Source of the DNA: Squalus acanthias
Taxonomy: Eukaryota
Assembly: GCA_030390025.1 (NCBI GenBank)
Contig: CM059446.1
Span: forward strand, 11,222,001 to 11,286,000
Direction of reading: 5' to 3'
DNA length: 64,000 nucleotides
The position numbers were made by a program, and so were the translations under genes. Positions within the stretch are counted from its first letter, which is position 1. The number at the start of each line of letters is the position of its first letter. This document shows, piece after piece, positions 1 through 12,029 of this stretch. Below the pieces are notes generated by a model. It saw nothing but the letters and a program-made list of their open reading frames with translations, did no database searches and was not told the DNA's origin.

Positions 1-289
1 CTGGGAATCCCTGGCCCAAGACCGCACAAAGTGGAGGAGAAGCATCCGGGAAGGCGCCGGCCGAACACCTCGAGTCTCTTCGCCGGGAGCAAGCGGAAGC
101 CAAGCGCAGGCAGCGCAAGGAGCGCACGTCAACCCAAGCACCCCGCCCACCCGTCCCTTCAACCACCGTCTGCCCCACCTGTGACAGAGACTGTCGGTCC
201 CGCATTGGACTCATCAGTCACCTGCGAACTCATTTTTAATGTGGAAGCAAGTCATCCTCGGTTCCGAGGGACTGCCTAAGAAGAAGAAG
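1..289 (+). mobile_element. RTE-clade (BovB-like) LINE, 3' end, cut by window edge
   Basis: Near-identical to 45128-45408; encodes the CPTC..C..RIGL..H..H zinc-finger C-terminus and ends in a (GAA)n tail. Confidence 0.85.
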
Positions 290-293
290 ATCT

Positions 294-478
294 CTCAACC
301 AACATCACTAAAACAGATTATCTGGTCATTCTCACATTGTGGGAGCTTGCTGTTTGTAATTGGCTGCCATGTTTCCTAGAACAATGGCTACACTCCAAAA
401 GTACTTCATTGGCTGTAAAGTGCTTTGGGACATTCTGAGGTCATGAAAGGTGCTATATAATTGCAAGCTCTTTCTATC
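294..478 (+). mobile_element. Deu-domain SINE (SacSINE1/AmnSINE1-like), 3' fragment
   Basis: AACAGATTATCTGGTCATT...GTACTTCATTGGCTGTAAAG...AAGGTGCTATATA, shared with more than 12 copies in the window. Confidence 0.85.
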
Positions 479-999
479 TATTTTTCTTTCAATGAAAAGA
501 GATCAGCACCAACCCTCCAAATCATCTGTTAACTGCAATTAGGAACTGGTTGAACACTTTGAAAGCGCTAACTAATTACTCAACAAACTGAATGAAAACC
601 AGTTTGACAGGTTATGTAGCCACAAACCCTTTTGCAAGGACTGAGGCAGAGAACGTAACGATTTAAGGGACTGATGATCACCCTCAGACACGGTTGGTGC
701 ATCGGACAAGGGAGGAAGTAGCTTAAACCAGGCAACATCAGTGGGCCACTACAATCCCAGGCATGGCCACCTTACATGCAGGGACCTTGTACAGTATAGG
801 GAGGTCTAGGGACATCGGAATCCCAGCTGGCAGTTAATGAAATCCTGCAGCCAGCCACCAGTCTTATGCCTTCCACAAAGGAAGGAGTGGTCAGCCAGAT
901 GTCACACATCTGAAACAAAGCACAGCACCAGGGGCAGTACAGAATCAAGTCATACGTCACTCAACTTATTTGTACATTTTATGCAGTTGATCTGCTTGT

Positions 1000-1992
1000 G
1001 CATGAGACGGTTCAATGAAGGTTCACTAGATTGATTCCCGAGATGAGAGAGCTTTTCCTATGATGAGAGATTGTGTAGAATGGACCTCTACTCTCTGGAG
1101 TTTAGAAGAATGAGAGGTGATCTCATTGAAACATACAACATTCTGAAGGGGATTGACAGGGTAGATGCTGAGAGGTTGTTTCCCCTGGCTGGAGTGTCTA
1201 GAACGAGGGGGCATAGTCTCAGGATAAGAGGTAGGCCATTTAACAACAACAACAACTTGTATTTATATAGCGCCTTTAACGTAGTAAAACGTCCCAAGGC
1301 GCTGATCAGGAGTATTATAAGACAAAAAAGCATCTTAAAGGAGGAGAGAGAGGTAGCGAGGCGGAGAGGTTTAGGCAGGGAATTCCAGAGCTTAGGGCCT
1401 AGGTAACAGAAGGCACGGCCACCAAAGGGATGCTCAAGAGGGCAGAATTAGAGGAGCGCAGATATCTCGGGGGGGTGGGGCGGTTGTGGGGCTGAAGGAG
1501 ATTACAGAGATAGGAAGGGGCGAGGCCATGGAGGGATTTGAAAACAAGGATGAGGATTTTGAAATCGAGGTGCTGCTTAACCGGGAGCCAATGTAGATCA
1601 GTGAGCACAGGGGAGATGGGCAAACGGGACTTGGTGCGAGTTAGGACACTGGGCAGCCGAGTTTTGGATGACCTCAAGTTTATGTAGGGTAGAATGTGGG
1701 AGGCCAGCCAGGAGGGCGTTGGAATAGTCAAGTCTAGATGAGGAGGAATTTCTTCACTCAGAGGGTTGTGAATCTTTGGAATTCTCTGCCCCAGGGGGCT
1801 GTGGTTGCTGAGTCTTTGAGTATATTCAAGGCTGAGATTGATAGATTTTTGGACTCTAGGGGAATCAAGGGATATGGGGATCGGGCGGGAAAGTGGAGTT
1901 GAGGTCGATGATCAGCTATGATCTTATTGAATGGCGGAGCAGGCTCGAGGGGCCGTATGGCCGACTCCTGCTCCTAGTTCTTATGTTCTTAT
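1000..1992 (+). mobile_element. CR1 LINE 3' end split by an L2 insertion
   Basis: LYSLEFRRMRGDLIETY...RTRGHSLRIRGRPF stops at 1241 and resumes at about 1736 (AGATGAGGAGGAATTTC); 3' UTR and TTCTTATG tail at about 1900-1992. Confidence 0.9.
1242..1736 (-). mobile_element. L2 LINE 3' fragment nested in CR1
   Basis: Minus ORF 1399-1731 contains DLHWLPVKQ..DFKILILVFKSLHGLAPSYL (L2 ORF2 C-terminus); (TTG)n tail at 1242-1256. Confidence 0.9.
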
Positions 1993-2700
1993 AAAAGGGC
2001 TATGGAAAAAGAGCAAGGGGTGTGGGACTATTGGACTACTCTTTCAAAGAGCCAGCAGAGGCACGATGGGCCGAATATATGATTCTAGTGCAGTGTCAGG
2101 GAAGCACTGAATGCAATACCCTTTATGCAGTACCTGCAGAATGACCTCTGCTAAAATCCTTGAGGCGCTCGGGACTGTTTCAGCTGTTACCTCAGCTCCC
2201 AATGCCTGAATTATATGGGTGGAAAGAACACATCACACAAACAATAAGCAAGCCCAGCAACTGCTGGACTTCCCCCCGCCATAACCGGCAATTTAGCCAG
2301 ATCCTGTACCTGCATTGTATGCAATAGCACGTAAAATCTATCTCCCACTGCCAGCAGTATGGGTTGCAGCAGTCAGTGATCGGGAACTGTGCCCAAACCT
2401 ACATTCACCATTGTGTCGCTGCTTCTCCCTCAATCACTGTTGCTTCTCCTTCACACCGATAACAATTTCCAGCCTAAAGGCCCCTATTTACAGCTATTTG
2501 GCTTTGGTTTGGATGCTATAGGGTTTCTGTATAAAGCTATTTAGTTTTGTCTACTTTACAATGTAAAGTTTCGAATTGGGAAATTATTCAAATAGTCGTC
2601 TGACACTTCCAGACTGTCAGGTTTTCAGATTGTTTGACCATTTTTCTACGGAAAGGATTTGGAAAAAGTGTTATTCTTAATTTTTTTTTTTAAATCCAAG

Positions 2701-3397
2701 TGGGAGAAATTTATTATAGCTCCGTTTGGGGCACTAACTTTTAAAAGTTGAAAAAAACTTTAAAAGAATTCGGTTTTGCGCGCCAGGAAGGAAGTGGAGC
2801 ACTAAATCAAGCGCTCCACTTCCTTGCTGGAGCGCAACAGGCAGCAGGCGGGGCGGTAGGTGAGCACAATGAGCCGGGCAGCGCTGCCGCGTTGGAAGGC
2901 TCCTTCCCTCCCTTAAAGGGACAGGCCGTCGCTGCAGGCTCTGCAAGGGTCCCCAACGGCAGCCGCGTTCCAGCCCGATCAGCCCGATGCACTGCGGCAG
3001 AGTGCCGGGCTGGTCGAGCGCTGGGGAAAAAAGCAATAAAAACAGAGAACGAGCGTTTTATTATTTTTTTCCCTACCTTGGCCACCTCGCCTTTAAGTAT
3101 CGCCCCCGAAGCGCCCGGCCTCCCCATCAACGCCTCCTGCAGTTGTCGGTGTTTTCGCCCGGCGAGGCTGCAGGGGGCGGAACCGAAGTTCGGGTCCGGG
3201 GCGATGAGCACGGCGATGAGGTCACGATCTCGGGCGAAGGAGAACGGGACGCAATGCCATATCACCGCTGCAAACCTCCCGCCGAAGTTAGCGGGAGGCG
3301 ATATTCTCACCACGCCTGGGCGGTAAGTGGTTAGTGCCCCGTTATCGCCCCCCAGAGGCGATAACAGGAGGCGCAAAAGTACCCAATTTCTGCCCCA
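2701..3397. mobile_element. GC-rich non-autonomous DNA transposon (PIF/Harbinger-like MITE)
   Basis: Termini TGGGAGAAATT ... AATTTCTGCCCCA with AAG on both sides; ends resemble the element at 30909-31741. Confidence 0.65.
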
Positions 3398-3707
3398 AAG
3401 CATATTTGGGGGAGGAAGCACCTATACCAATGGTGGTTAACAAGCTAAAGGAGGTTTCCCCAAGATTAACAATAAATAATTCATTACCTTGTCTCTGTGA
3501 TTGATAAATACCTCACACCCACTGTCTTGGGAAGTCTCTGGTCCTGCCAGCTTGGTAGGGCATGCCTGGCCAGCCTTTCCTTCTGGCTGTGAACAGTAGG
3601 ACATATAAAACACAGATAGAAGCGCAGGACGTCACCCAAGCCCTTTTAAAAACAGAAAGCTGTAAGGACAGTCAGGTCCAGCAAAGGCTGCATGGTGAGG
3701 TTTTAAA

Positions 3708-3801
3708 GAAAGGAAGAAAAACTTGCATTTATATAGCGCCTTTCATGACCTCAGGACATCCCAAAGCGCTTTACAGCCAATTAAGTACTTTTGAAGTCAC
3801 T
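3708..3801 (-). mobile_element. Deu-domain SINE tail interrupted by a MITE
   Basis: GAAAAACTTGCATTTATATAGCGCC...AAGTACTTTTGAAGTCACT, continuing as GTTGTAA at 4546. Confidence 0.75.
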
Positions 3802-4542
3802 GGGCTGGATTTTCAATGACCCGTGGAGTCGGGTTTGGAGGCGTGTGGGGGGTTAAAGTTGCAGATTCGGGAGTCTCGACCCCATCCCGACTCCATTCCG
3901 CCTCCACACAATTTTGACAAAATCGGTCGCGGGGTTCCCGACTCCGTCCCGCCTCCATGAGGCGGGAGTGGCCATTAAAGCCCTTAACAAGCCCTAAATT
4001 GGCTCTGTAATGCCATTTTGAAACGTTTTAGCTAGTTTAACCCTTTTCCAATGTGAAGTACGCCTGATGTGAAACACGCCAGTGAAACCTGGCGGGAGCA
4101 CAAGTGGATAGCTGACTATCAGCTGCAGGTCCACTATTACAACGGAGATGTGATGAAGGTAGTAGTAGTATTAGGTCTGAAAGTCGCCTCTGATGCTGCT
4201 GCATTGAATGTCTTCAGAGACTGCTGGGAGGACTTGGTTGCAAAAAAAATTCTCTCTCTCTCTCTCTCTGATGAGATGCTGCTCATTTTGCATCCAGGTC
4301 CTCTCACAGCAAAGGCCAGGCAATCTCTGAGACCAGGCAGTCTCTGACCTGCAATGATAACATCATCAGAGGCGACTTTCAGACTGAAACCACTAATTGG
4401 TTCATGGGTTCCCACATGCTGGAACTCAATTGCCCAATTAAGTGAAAATTGCATCAATCTCCCACATCCAATTGCAGATGGGTGGATAACACGAAATGCA
4501 GATGACACGACCCCAACCCGCCCCAGTATCAAAATCCAGCCC
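3802..4542. mobile_element. PIF/Harbinger-like MITE
   Basis: Perfect 12-bp TIR GGGCTGGATTTT/AAAATCCAGCCC; 3-bp TSD ACT (3799-3801, 4543-4545); removing it rejoins the host SINE. Confidence 0.85.
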
Positions 4543-4759
4543 ACTGTTGTAAGCATGAAGCTGCAATGGCAAGCTATGGCCAGCCTCCAAAGACTAGCAT
4601 GCAGGAGGGTAGTGAAGAGTTATTTTTATTTAAGTCAAGTAAGATGACCCACTGCTGTGGGGAAGCATAGCATGCTCATTGTTTTGTATTATGTGCAGAC
4701 AAGCTGTACTGTTTGACGTAAGTGAACCCGATTTTAACGGTCAAATTTTTAATCTTATA

Positions 4760-4833
4760 ATACTCCTGTGAAGCGCCTTGGGACGTTTTACTACGTTAAA
4801 GGCGCTATATAAATACAAGTTGTTGTTGTTGTT
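4760..4833 (+). mobile_element. L2 LINE extreme 3' tail
   Basis: TACTCCTGTGAAGCGCCTTGGGACGTTTTACTACGTTAAAGGCGCTATATAAATACAAG(TTG)n. Confidence 0.85.
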
Positions 4834-5139
4834 GCTCTGTATGTTCGCTCACAGTGAAATAAAACAGATTAATGATTTGTACCTGGGCTCGTCTCACCAA
4901 ATATTTTCACGGTTCACCTTTAAGGAGATTGAAGCACACGTGTGAAAGACAAAAACACAGTTGAGATCAGAAGGGGTTGCTACTGTTGTACAAATGTATA
5001 GTTGATATTGGACAATATGGACAATATGGCACACCCTTAAACATAAAATGCTCAGGCTCTTTACGAGAGCACCTAGCACCACTCTACCTGAGAGAATATC
5101 TGAAGCAACCTGTAACACAGACAAATCTTTTCTTTTTCT

Positions 5140-5752
5140 GAAACAGAAAATGCTGGAAACACTCAGCAGGCCAGGTAGCATCAGCGGAGAGAGAAACAGA
5201 GTTAATGTTTCAGGTTTGGAACCTGCGTCAGAACTGGAAGATATTACAGATGAAGAAGACAAGGGGTAGGGGGGGGAAGAGAGAAAAAAACACAAAGAGA
5301 AATGGAAAGACCTAAGGAACAGCACCTCATCTTTCTATTAGGCACTTTACAGCCTTCTGGACTCAACATCGAGTTCAACAATTTCAGACCATAACCTCTG
5401 CCCCCATTTTTTCGAACGGCAGCTGTTGATGATTCTGCTATTCCCATTTATACCTCCTCATGACCCATCTTTTGTTTCTCTACTTGTCCCATTATCACCT
5501 CCTTTCGCCTGTCACCATCATCCCTTTTGTCTTTGAATCTCTCCTGCCTTCCAGCCCTATCACAGACCTTCCCTTTTGTTCTTTCCTCCCCTCCCCCCCT
5601 TTCCTTGCCCCTACACTTGCTTAAAACCTGTTACATCTCCAACTTTTTCCAGTTCTGGCGAAAGGGCCACCGACCTGCAACGTCGATTCGGTTTCTCTCT
5701 CTCCACAAATGCTGCCTGACCTGCTGAGCATTTCCAGCATTTTCTGTTTTCA
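5140..5752 (+). mobile_element. Penelope-like element, family A: inverted pLTR arm, GIY-YIG end and pLTR
   Basis: 5316-5393 encodes EQHLIF.LGTLQPSGLNIEFNNFRP* as in 62557-62640; 5140-5300 is the reverse complement of the pLTR at about 5560-5750. Confidence 0.85.
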
Positions 5753-6143
5753 TGTTAGAAAGACCTGCAAAGTGCTTCGGTGGAAAACAGGAGATGGTTA
5801 AATGGCAGAAGTGATCCAAGCATGAGACAACAGGAGGCATAATGAGAGAAATCAAAGCAATAAAAGACTTATATGAGACATAAGTGTGTGAATAGCTAAA
5901 GGGCGGGGATAGGTATGTGGAAAGGAAGATGCTGTCTTGTAACAATTTTACTGCTGAAATTTCTACAGGCTATTTTCAGAGAAGATTTTCCAATGGCAGT
6001 CACCCAGTATACTTATTAATAAAATAATACCAGGAAGGAATCCCGATCAGTAATCAGCACTGTCAGAGGTGGAGGAAAGTCCTCAGTGAGGAATTCCATC
6101 TTTGTGACTGACAGAAGTCAAATCCTATCTTTAATGACGTATA

Positions 6144-6410
6144 AGATCCCATGGCCACTACTTCGAAGAAGAGCAGGGGAGTTCTTCCCGGTCCTGGGCC
6201 AATATTTATCCCTCAATCAACATCATTAAAACAGATTATCTGGTCATTATCACATTGCTGTTTGTGGGAGCTTGCAGTGTGCAGATTGGCTGCCGCGTTT
6301 CCTACATTACAACAGTGACTACACTTCAAAAAGTACTTCATTGGCTGTAAAGCGCTTTGAGACGTCCGGTAGTCGTGAAAGGCGCTGTAGAAATGCAAGT
6401 CTTTCTTTTA
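6144..6410 (+). mobile_element. Deu-domain SINE, 5'-truncated
   Basis: AGATCCCATGGC..CTTCGAAGAAGAGCAGGGGAGTT...AATGCAAGTCTTTCTTTT. Confidence 0.9.
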
Positions 6411-6549
6411 CTAGGGATTCCGGGATTTTTACCAGTGTTTTGTGGGTTGAATTTTATAATTCCGTCGATTTTTCTGTCACAGACTGGCCCTGCTCAGAAG
6501 TACAGCTCCTTGCTGCAGTTCACCCAATGTCTTGTTTCTACTTGTGGGA

Positions 6550-7270
6550 CAGGAATGTCCCCGGTTCGATCCCTGGTCCATGCTGAATTAATAGCGCTGA
6601 ACCTGTGTATCAGTGGAGCATTATAATTAAGAGGTCGCACAACACCAGGTTATAGTCCAACAGTTTTATTTTAAATCACAAGCTTTCGGAGTTACAACTC
6701 CTTCGTCGGGTGAAGTGAGGAGATACAGAATCGTCAAAGCATATATAGATACAGAACAATGCATGTGTAACTTACAATTGCAGACAACTAAATTCAATCA
6801 TCCTGACTGTTTATCTGCCGAGGTGTGATAAAGTTAATCAGGTCAGCCAGGAAGGTACCACATCAAAGACATAGCAAGATACAACTGAGACATTGTCTCA
6901 AACAGTCAGGATGATTGAATTTAGTTGTCTGCAATTGTAAGTTACACATGCATTGTTCTGTATCTATATATGCTTTGACGATTCTGTATCTCCTCACTTC
7001 ACCCGACGAAGGAGTTGTAACTCCGAAAGCTTGTGATTTAAAATAAAACTGTTGGACTATAACCTGGTGTTGTGCGACCTCTCAATTTTGTCCACCCCAG
7101 TCCAACACCGGCATCTCCGCATCATGAGCATTATAATTAGCCTCAGCAATCCTGTGCTAGACGGGAAAAGAGACATTCAGCCAGGGTTCCCAATCCTGTT
7201 TTCCATCCTCTGATCCTTGCTGGAAAGTGAACTCGTGAGCATTGAGTAAGCCAGGAATGGGCTCAATGGT
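6550..7270 (+). mobile_element. Old SINE-like repeat (unnamed family X) interrupted by a Penelope fold-back
   Basis: B-box-like GGTTCGATCC at 6563-6572; motifs TCAGCCAGGGTTCCC and TGCTGGAAAGT recur at 13921, 12071 and 47304. Confidence 0.6.
6630..7125 (+). mobile_element. Penelope-like family B fold-back insertion
   Basis: Perfect 183-bp inverted arms 6630-6812 and 6900-7082; 14-bp TSD GAGCATTATAATTA (6616-6629, 7126-7139). Confidence 0.9.
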
Positions 7271-7391
7271 TAAATAACTGGGTGAGGTAAAGAGGATCAC
7301 ACCCACGCATGTCACCATCGACAGGAGACAGTGCTCATTATGCAGCATTCCATAACTTGAGAAGCTGACAGAGCGATATTTGACTGAGTCG

Positions 7392-7794
7392 AACAGAAAA
7401 TGCTGGAAACACTCAGCAGGTCGGGCAGCATCTGTGGAGAGAGAAACAGAGTCAACGTTTCAGGTCGATGACCTTTCGTCAGAACTGGGAGAAGTTAGAG
7501 ATTTAAGAACAAAGGTGAAGGTCTGTGATTGGTGGGGGGGGGGAATCTATCCCCCACCCTCCACCCAATCACAGACCTGTCCCTTTGTTTTTCCCTCCAT
7601 CCCCACCCCGCTTTTTCCCTGGCTCTACACTAGCTTGAAAACTGTTAAGACCTGGTATTATTTTACGAAGGGTCATCGACCTGAAACGTTAACTCTGTTT
7701 CTCTCTCCACAGATGCTGCCTGACCCGTTGAGCGTTTCCAGCATTTTCTATTTTTATTTCAGATTTCCAGCATCCGCAGTATTTTGTGTTTGTG
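7392..7794 (+). mobile_element. Penelope-like family A fold-back insertion
   Basis: Inverted pLTR arms; 11-bp TSD TTTGACTGAGT (7379-7389, 7795-7805). Confidence 0.9.
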
Positions 7795-8006
7795 TTTGAC
7801 TGAGTTCACTTGCTTCAGCGTTCCTCACCAGTATTGAGCCAACTATGTCGTGGCACATTTGATTTCTTTTCCAGCCTTTTTCTCTTCCATCTTTTCCCCT
7901 CCCCCGCCCCCCCCTCGCTCCTGAAAGTGCCGACTCATGCTGGGGTACGGGTCAACTGGTGACAGTAGCCACCTGGTACCCCATCCAAGTGGCCGTTCTT
8001 TATGTG

Positions 8007-8330
8007 ATGTGGAGATGTTGGACTGGGGTGGACAAATGTGAGAAGTCACACAACACCAGGTTATAGTCCAACAGCTGTGATGTAATGTTTTCCTGACTGA
8101 CCTGTTTGGACACCATCCACACCTTGGATTGCCGTGATTATCTCACTGCCGAGGTGTGATAAAGGGCAGTTAGAAAGATTAACTGTAGTCACCTGGCAGT
8201 GTTCTCTGACTATATATGCTGTGCCTATATGCATCTCTTCACTTCACCTGACGAAGGAGCAGCGCTCCGAAAGCTTGTGATTTCAAATAAAGCTGTTGGA
8301 CTATAACCTGGAGTTGTGCGACTTCTCACA
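8007..8330. mobile_element. Penelope-like family B fold-back insertion
   Basis: TSD TTCTTTATGTG (7996-8006, 8331-8341); short minus arm with tail followed by a plus-strand pLTR. Confidence 0.85.
8244..8280 (+). ncRNA. Minimal type-I hammerhead ribozyme motif (Penelope family B pLTR)
   Basis: UCAC-CUGACGA-A-GGAGC(agc)GCUCC-GAAA-GC-UU-GUGA: stem I, core, stem II, palindromic AGCU stem III; same motif at 9924-9960 and 60114-60150. Confidence 0.75.
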
Positions 8331-9461
8331 TTCTTTATGTGTGAGCCATGACAGTGAGTGTCAGCAGACTAGCTAACCTCCGCCAGCCCGCCCGCCCGCC
8401 CCCTCTCCACCTGAGTCTCATGTCAGATGCAGATGTTCAGGGTTTGACGTAAGTCTGAGTCTGGTCCATAGAGGCAAACTTTACAGCGAAGGTCGTTAGG
8501 TAGCAATTCGGAAGTGGCATTCCCTTCAACCCCCACCCTAGCTCAGGGACTCCGAGGCAAATTGCAATGAACCTGATGCCAACTTGCCTAAGGTGAGTTA
8601 ATTCAGCACAGGTTAAAGATCAAACCTGGGACCAATGTCCATTTGGCACTGGCCGCATGTATATGGAAATCACGGACAGGCTGCCAACCACTTCCTGTCC
8701 ACTAAAATTATTCGATGGAAAGTCATGGGCGGGGTGCCCGGGATATCCCGACATGCGCAGTCGATGGACGAGGCTCCCCAGTGGCTGTGGGCATTCCTAA
8801 GAGGAGCCCTTAAATGTTGGCTCCACAGTGCTGAAAAGCAAATATTGATGGTCATCAAGAAGCAGCCTGTGTCCAAAACGTAGCGTTAATTTTGTTACCC
8901 AGTCTAAATGCAGGGTAAATGACCAAGCTTTCTTGTCACGCCTGTTGTGCAACATGTTCAGTGTGATGAAATCTTGCCAGACTTGAAAACTGTGCAGGTT
9001 CTTCTCAACTAGTATGTTTGCACTGCTATGGAATGTGTGCTGGAAACGTGCCCATCTTTGGCTGGATGTGTTTCGCTTTCTACATTCCAAAGTGTGTTGG
9101 ACTAAAGTCGCTTTACAAAGCGTGCCCAGCCCTGTTTCACCTCAGTCCAATGGCTCCTTATCTCACTGAGGGTAAGACTAGTTAATGATATAAATATACT
9201 GTGAGAAGACAATCAACTGGAGTGTCCCCAGCTGGAATCAGTCCTCGTAATGAGGGCAGATGCAGTTGGCCGAGCCCAACATCAACCCATGGATAGCAGC
9301 AGCTGCCTTGAGCTTCAGGTATTATCACCTCCTCACACCCTCGGTGTAAAAGCAGCACCGAGGATCAAGACTGAGAAGCTACAAGCGCTTTTATGTCACG
9401 TTGGTGCTGCCAACTCCCAATGCTGAGATCCTGCTCAGTGGCAACACTACTAAAGATAAAA

Positions 9462-10053
9462 ATGAGAAGTCGCACAACACCAGGTTATAGCCCAACAGTT
9501 TTATTTGAAATCACGAGCTTTCGGAGCGCTGCTCCTTCGTCAGGTGAAGTGAGACAACGCAAAATCATCGAGCAGAAACTGATAGCCAAGTTCCGCACCC
9601 ATGAGGACGGCCTCAACCGGGATCTTGGTTTCATGTCACGCTACATGACGTAGAGTCATCCAGACTAGAGTCGTCGTTGTCTTGTTCACAGATGTGATTT
9701 CCAGTTTTAAAAAAAAGTAAAAAGCTTAACTGCAGACTGCAGCATTTGACACGTTGGACCCCCTGTGACCCCACCTCATTGTCTTAGCTGTATTTTGCTG
9801 TGTCTTTGATGTAATGCCTTCCTGGCTGATTATATCTCTGCCGAGGTGGTGTGATGGAGGGCAGTCAGAAACACATTGTTCTCTGTCTATATATGCTTTG
9901 TATCTGATTTGTATTCCCTCACTTTACCTGACGAAGGAGCAGCGCTCCGAAAGCTCGTGATTTCAAATAAAACTGTTGGACTATAACCTGGTGTTGTGCG
10001 ACTTCTCATTTTTGTCCACCCCAGTCCAACGCCGGCATCTCCGCATCATGGCC
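9462..10053 (+). mobile_element. Penelope-like family B: inverted arm, GIY-YIG end, pLTR and tail
   Basis: RQRKIIEQKLIAKFRTHEDGLNRDLGFMSRY; TSD ACTAAAGATAAAA (9449-9461, 10054-10066). Confidence 0.9.
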
Positions 10054-11064
10054 ACTAAAGATAAAAGTACCTGGTTTTGTGAGCACAGAAGCAGCATTGA
10101 CCTCGTAAAGGCAGGACAGCAGCGCACTGGTGTGGCTATGATATTAAGCAGTGATAAAGACTTAAATATAAAATGTGTTAAGACTGACACTAGCAAACCC
10201 TCCCTAAATACAGACAAATCGAGATCAGTTAACCAAGTATAGGTTGGGATCGGGCTTCTGATCTGTCCACTTCGGTACCCCGTTTGGCGTGCATTTGTCA
10301 GCTGAGGCACCAGGGAAACTAACCTTCGTTAGTTTTGCCCCATCCATGATTCATTCCCTGTCTGAGAGGGCTGGCGATCACAGAATCATAGAATTGTTGG
10401 AGCACAGTAGGAGGCCATTCGGCCCGTCGAGCCCGTGCCAGCTCTCTGCAGGAGCAATTCAGTTCGTCCCATTCCCCCCCCGCCCTTTCCCCGTAGCCCT
10501 GCAATTTTTTGGGGCTCAGAGGACCTCCTTGCCAATGCTCTTGTAACTGACGACCAGAAGTGGGTCAGATGATTTGGGCACCACTTTACCTTATTTTGCT
10601 CTCCCTTCTCTTCCCTCTTGGCAAGTGATTCAGCCACACTTGGCGCTACGCTTGGGTGAGGATCAAAAACTGACCGCGTAGCTACGGGTGCAGACCCAGC
10701 GTGCTGCACCTGAGGGGGTGGATCCTCACCAAGCCAAGATGGGGGACATAGCTTGGACAGCTCCTGGTTTCCAGACATCAGCGGAAATGCCACTGCTCAA
10801 ATCATCAGAACAGGAGGTGCCAATCGCAGTTGTTGCTCATTCCCCCGGCTCTAAGGTTGAACACCTGACTCGGGCACAGTGCGCTTACTTTGTGATGAAA
10901 CTTTTCTGATGGTTTAGTTGTCAAGTACATTGTCCACATGCGTGAACTGAGCCACAGACACACACCAGAAAGAGCCTCATGGTCTGGGCGCTGCAATTCC
11001 TTAGTGATCCTGGGACTGGGAGAGAAAAGTTCCACTCCAGGGACTTCAGCTGATGCTCCAGTAG

Positions 11065-11430
11065 TCAGGTGGACGTCAAATATCCCATGGCACTATTTCG
11101 AAGGAGAGCAGGGGAGTTCTTCCCAGTGTCCTGGCTAATATTTAGCCCTCAATTAACATACTAACATCACTAAAACAGATTATTTGGTCATTACATAAAA
11201 TGTACAGCACAGAAATAGGCCATTCGGCCCAACTGGTCCATGCTGGTGTTTATGCTCCACACGAGCCGATTGCTGTTTGTGGGAGCTTGCTGTGCGCTAA
11301 TTGGCTGCCACGTTTCCTACATTGCAACAGTGACTACGCTTCAAGAGTACTTCATTGGCTGCAAAGCGCTATGGGCCATCCTGAGGTCATGAAAGACGTC
11401 ATAGAAATGCAAGTTTTTTTCTTTTCTTTC
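11065..11430 (+). mobile_element. Deu-domain SINE carrying a short minus-strand CR1 tail (about 11194-11268)
   Basis: Deu consensus broken after GGTCATTA by CAGCACAGAAATAGGCCATTCGGCCCAACTGGTCCATGCTGG, then resumes ATTGCTGTTTGTGGGAGC. Confidence 0.75.
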
Positions 11431-11858
11431 AAGGTTTCCTGCTCCTGACTGCTATCCAGTGTTTCCGGCTGGACAGTACAGATGGGTGGAGGAAAAGGAT
11501 TTCCTGTGTGACATGGCCATGGTTGAATAGCTTGCCGGCACACACTGTCTAGGCTCACACATCATGACTGGCCATTGGGGGGTCTGGCCGATGTAGGGGG
11601 GCAGACACCCTTGGAAAAGTAGGCCAAGATGAGTCAGTGCCGTCAGGAGAGGAGTGGGGAAAGGAATCGCTAAAAAAGGGCAATAATCTTTGTACAATGG
11701 GTTCAGTTCTCCCAAACTCCAGTGGGTAAAAGCACGACAAAGTGTAGAGTAAGCAGAGCAGGAATTCTCAGGTTTGAGCCGTGGTCTGTGCATTGTTAGC
11801 TGGAGCAGCAGTTGGAGACACTGCCATTGACCTTAGTGTTCCTGGGTTAGTAAATGAA

Positions 11859-12029
11859 ATTGAGAGGTCGCACAACACCAGGTTATAGTCCAACAGTTTT
11901 ATTTGAAATCACAAGCTTTCGGAGCTATCGATCGCCCCTTCCTCAGGTGAAGTAAAGAAATACAGACTCGACAAAGCGTATATAGATAGAGAACAATGCA
12001 TGTGTACCTTACAATTGCAGACAACTAAA
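11859..12029 (-). mobile_element. Penelope-like family B pLTR fragment
   Basis: TSD TAGTAAATGAA (11848-11858, 12030-12040); homologous to 6630-6792. Confidence 0.85.

Noticed and set aside
2748-3421. Overlapping 192-aa and 204-aa ORFs as genes
   Set aside because: They lie almost entirely inside a GC-rich MITE, are open on both strands and show no domain motifs.
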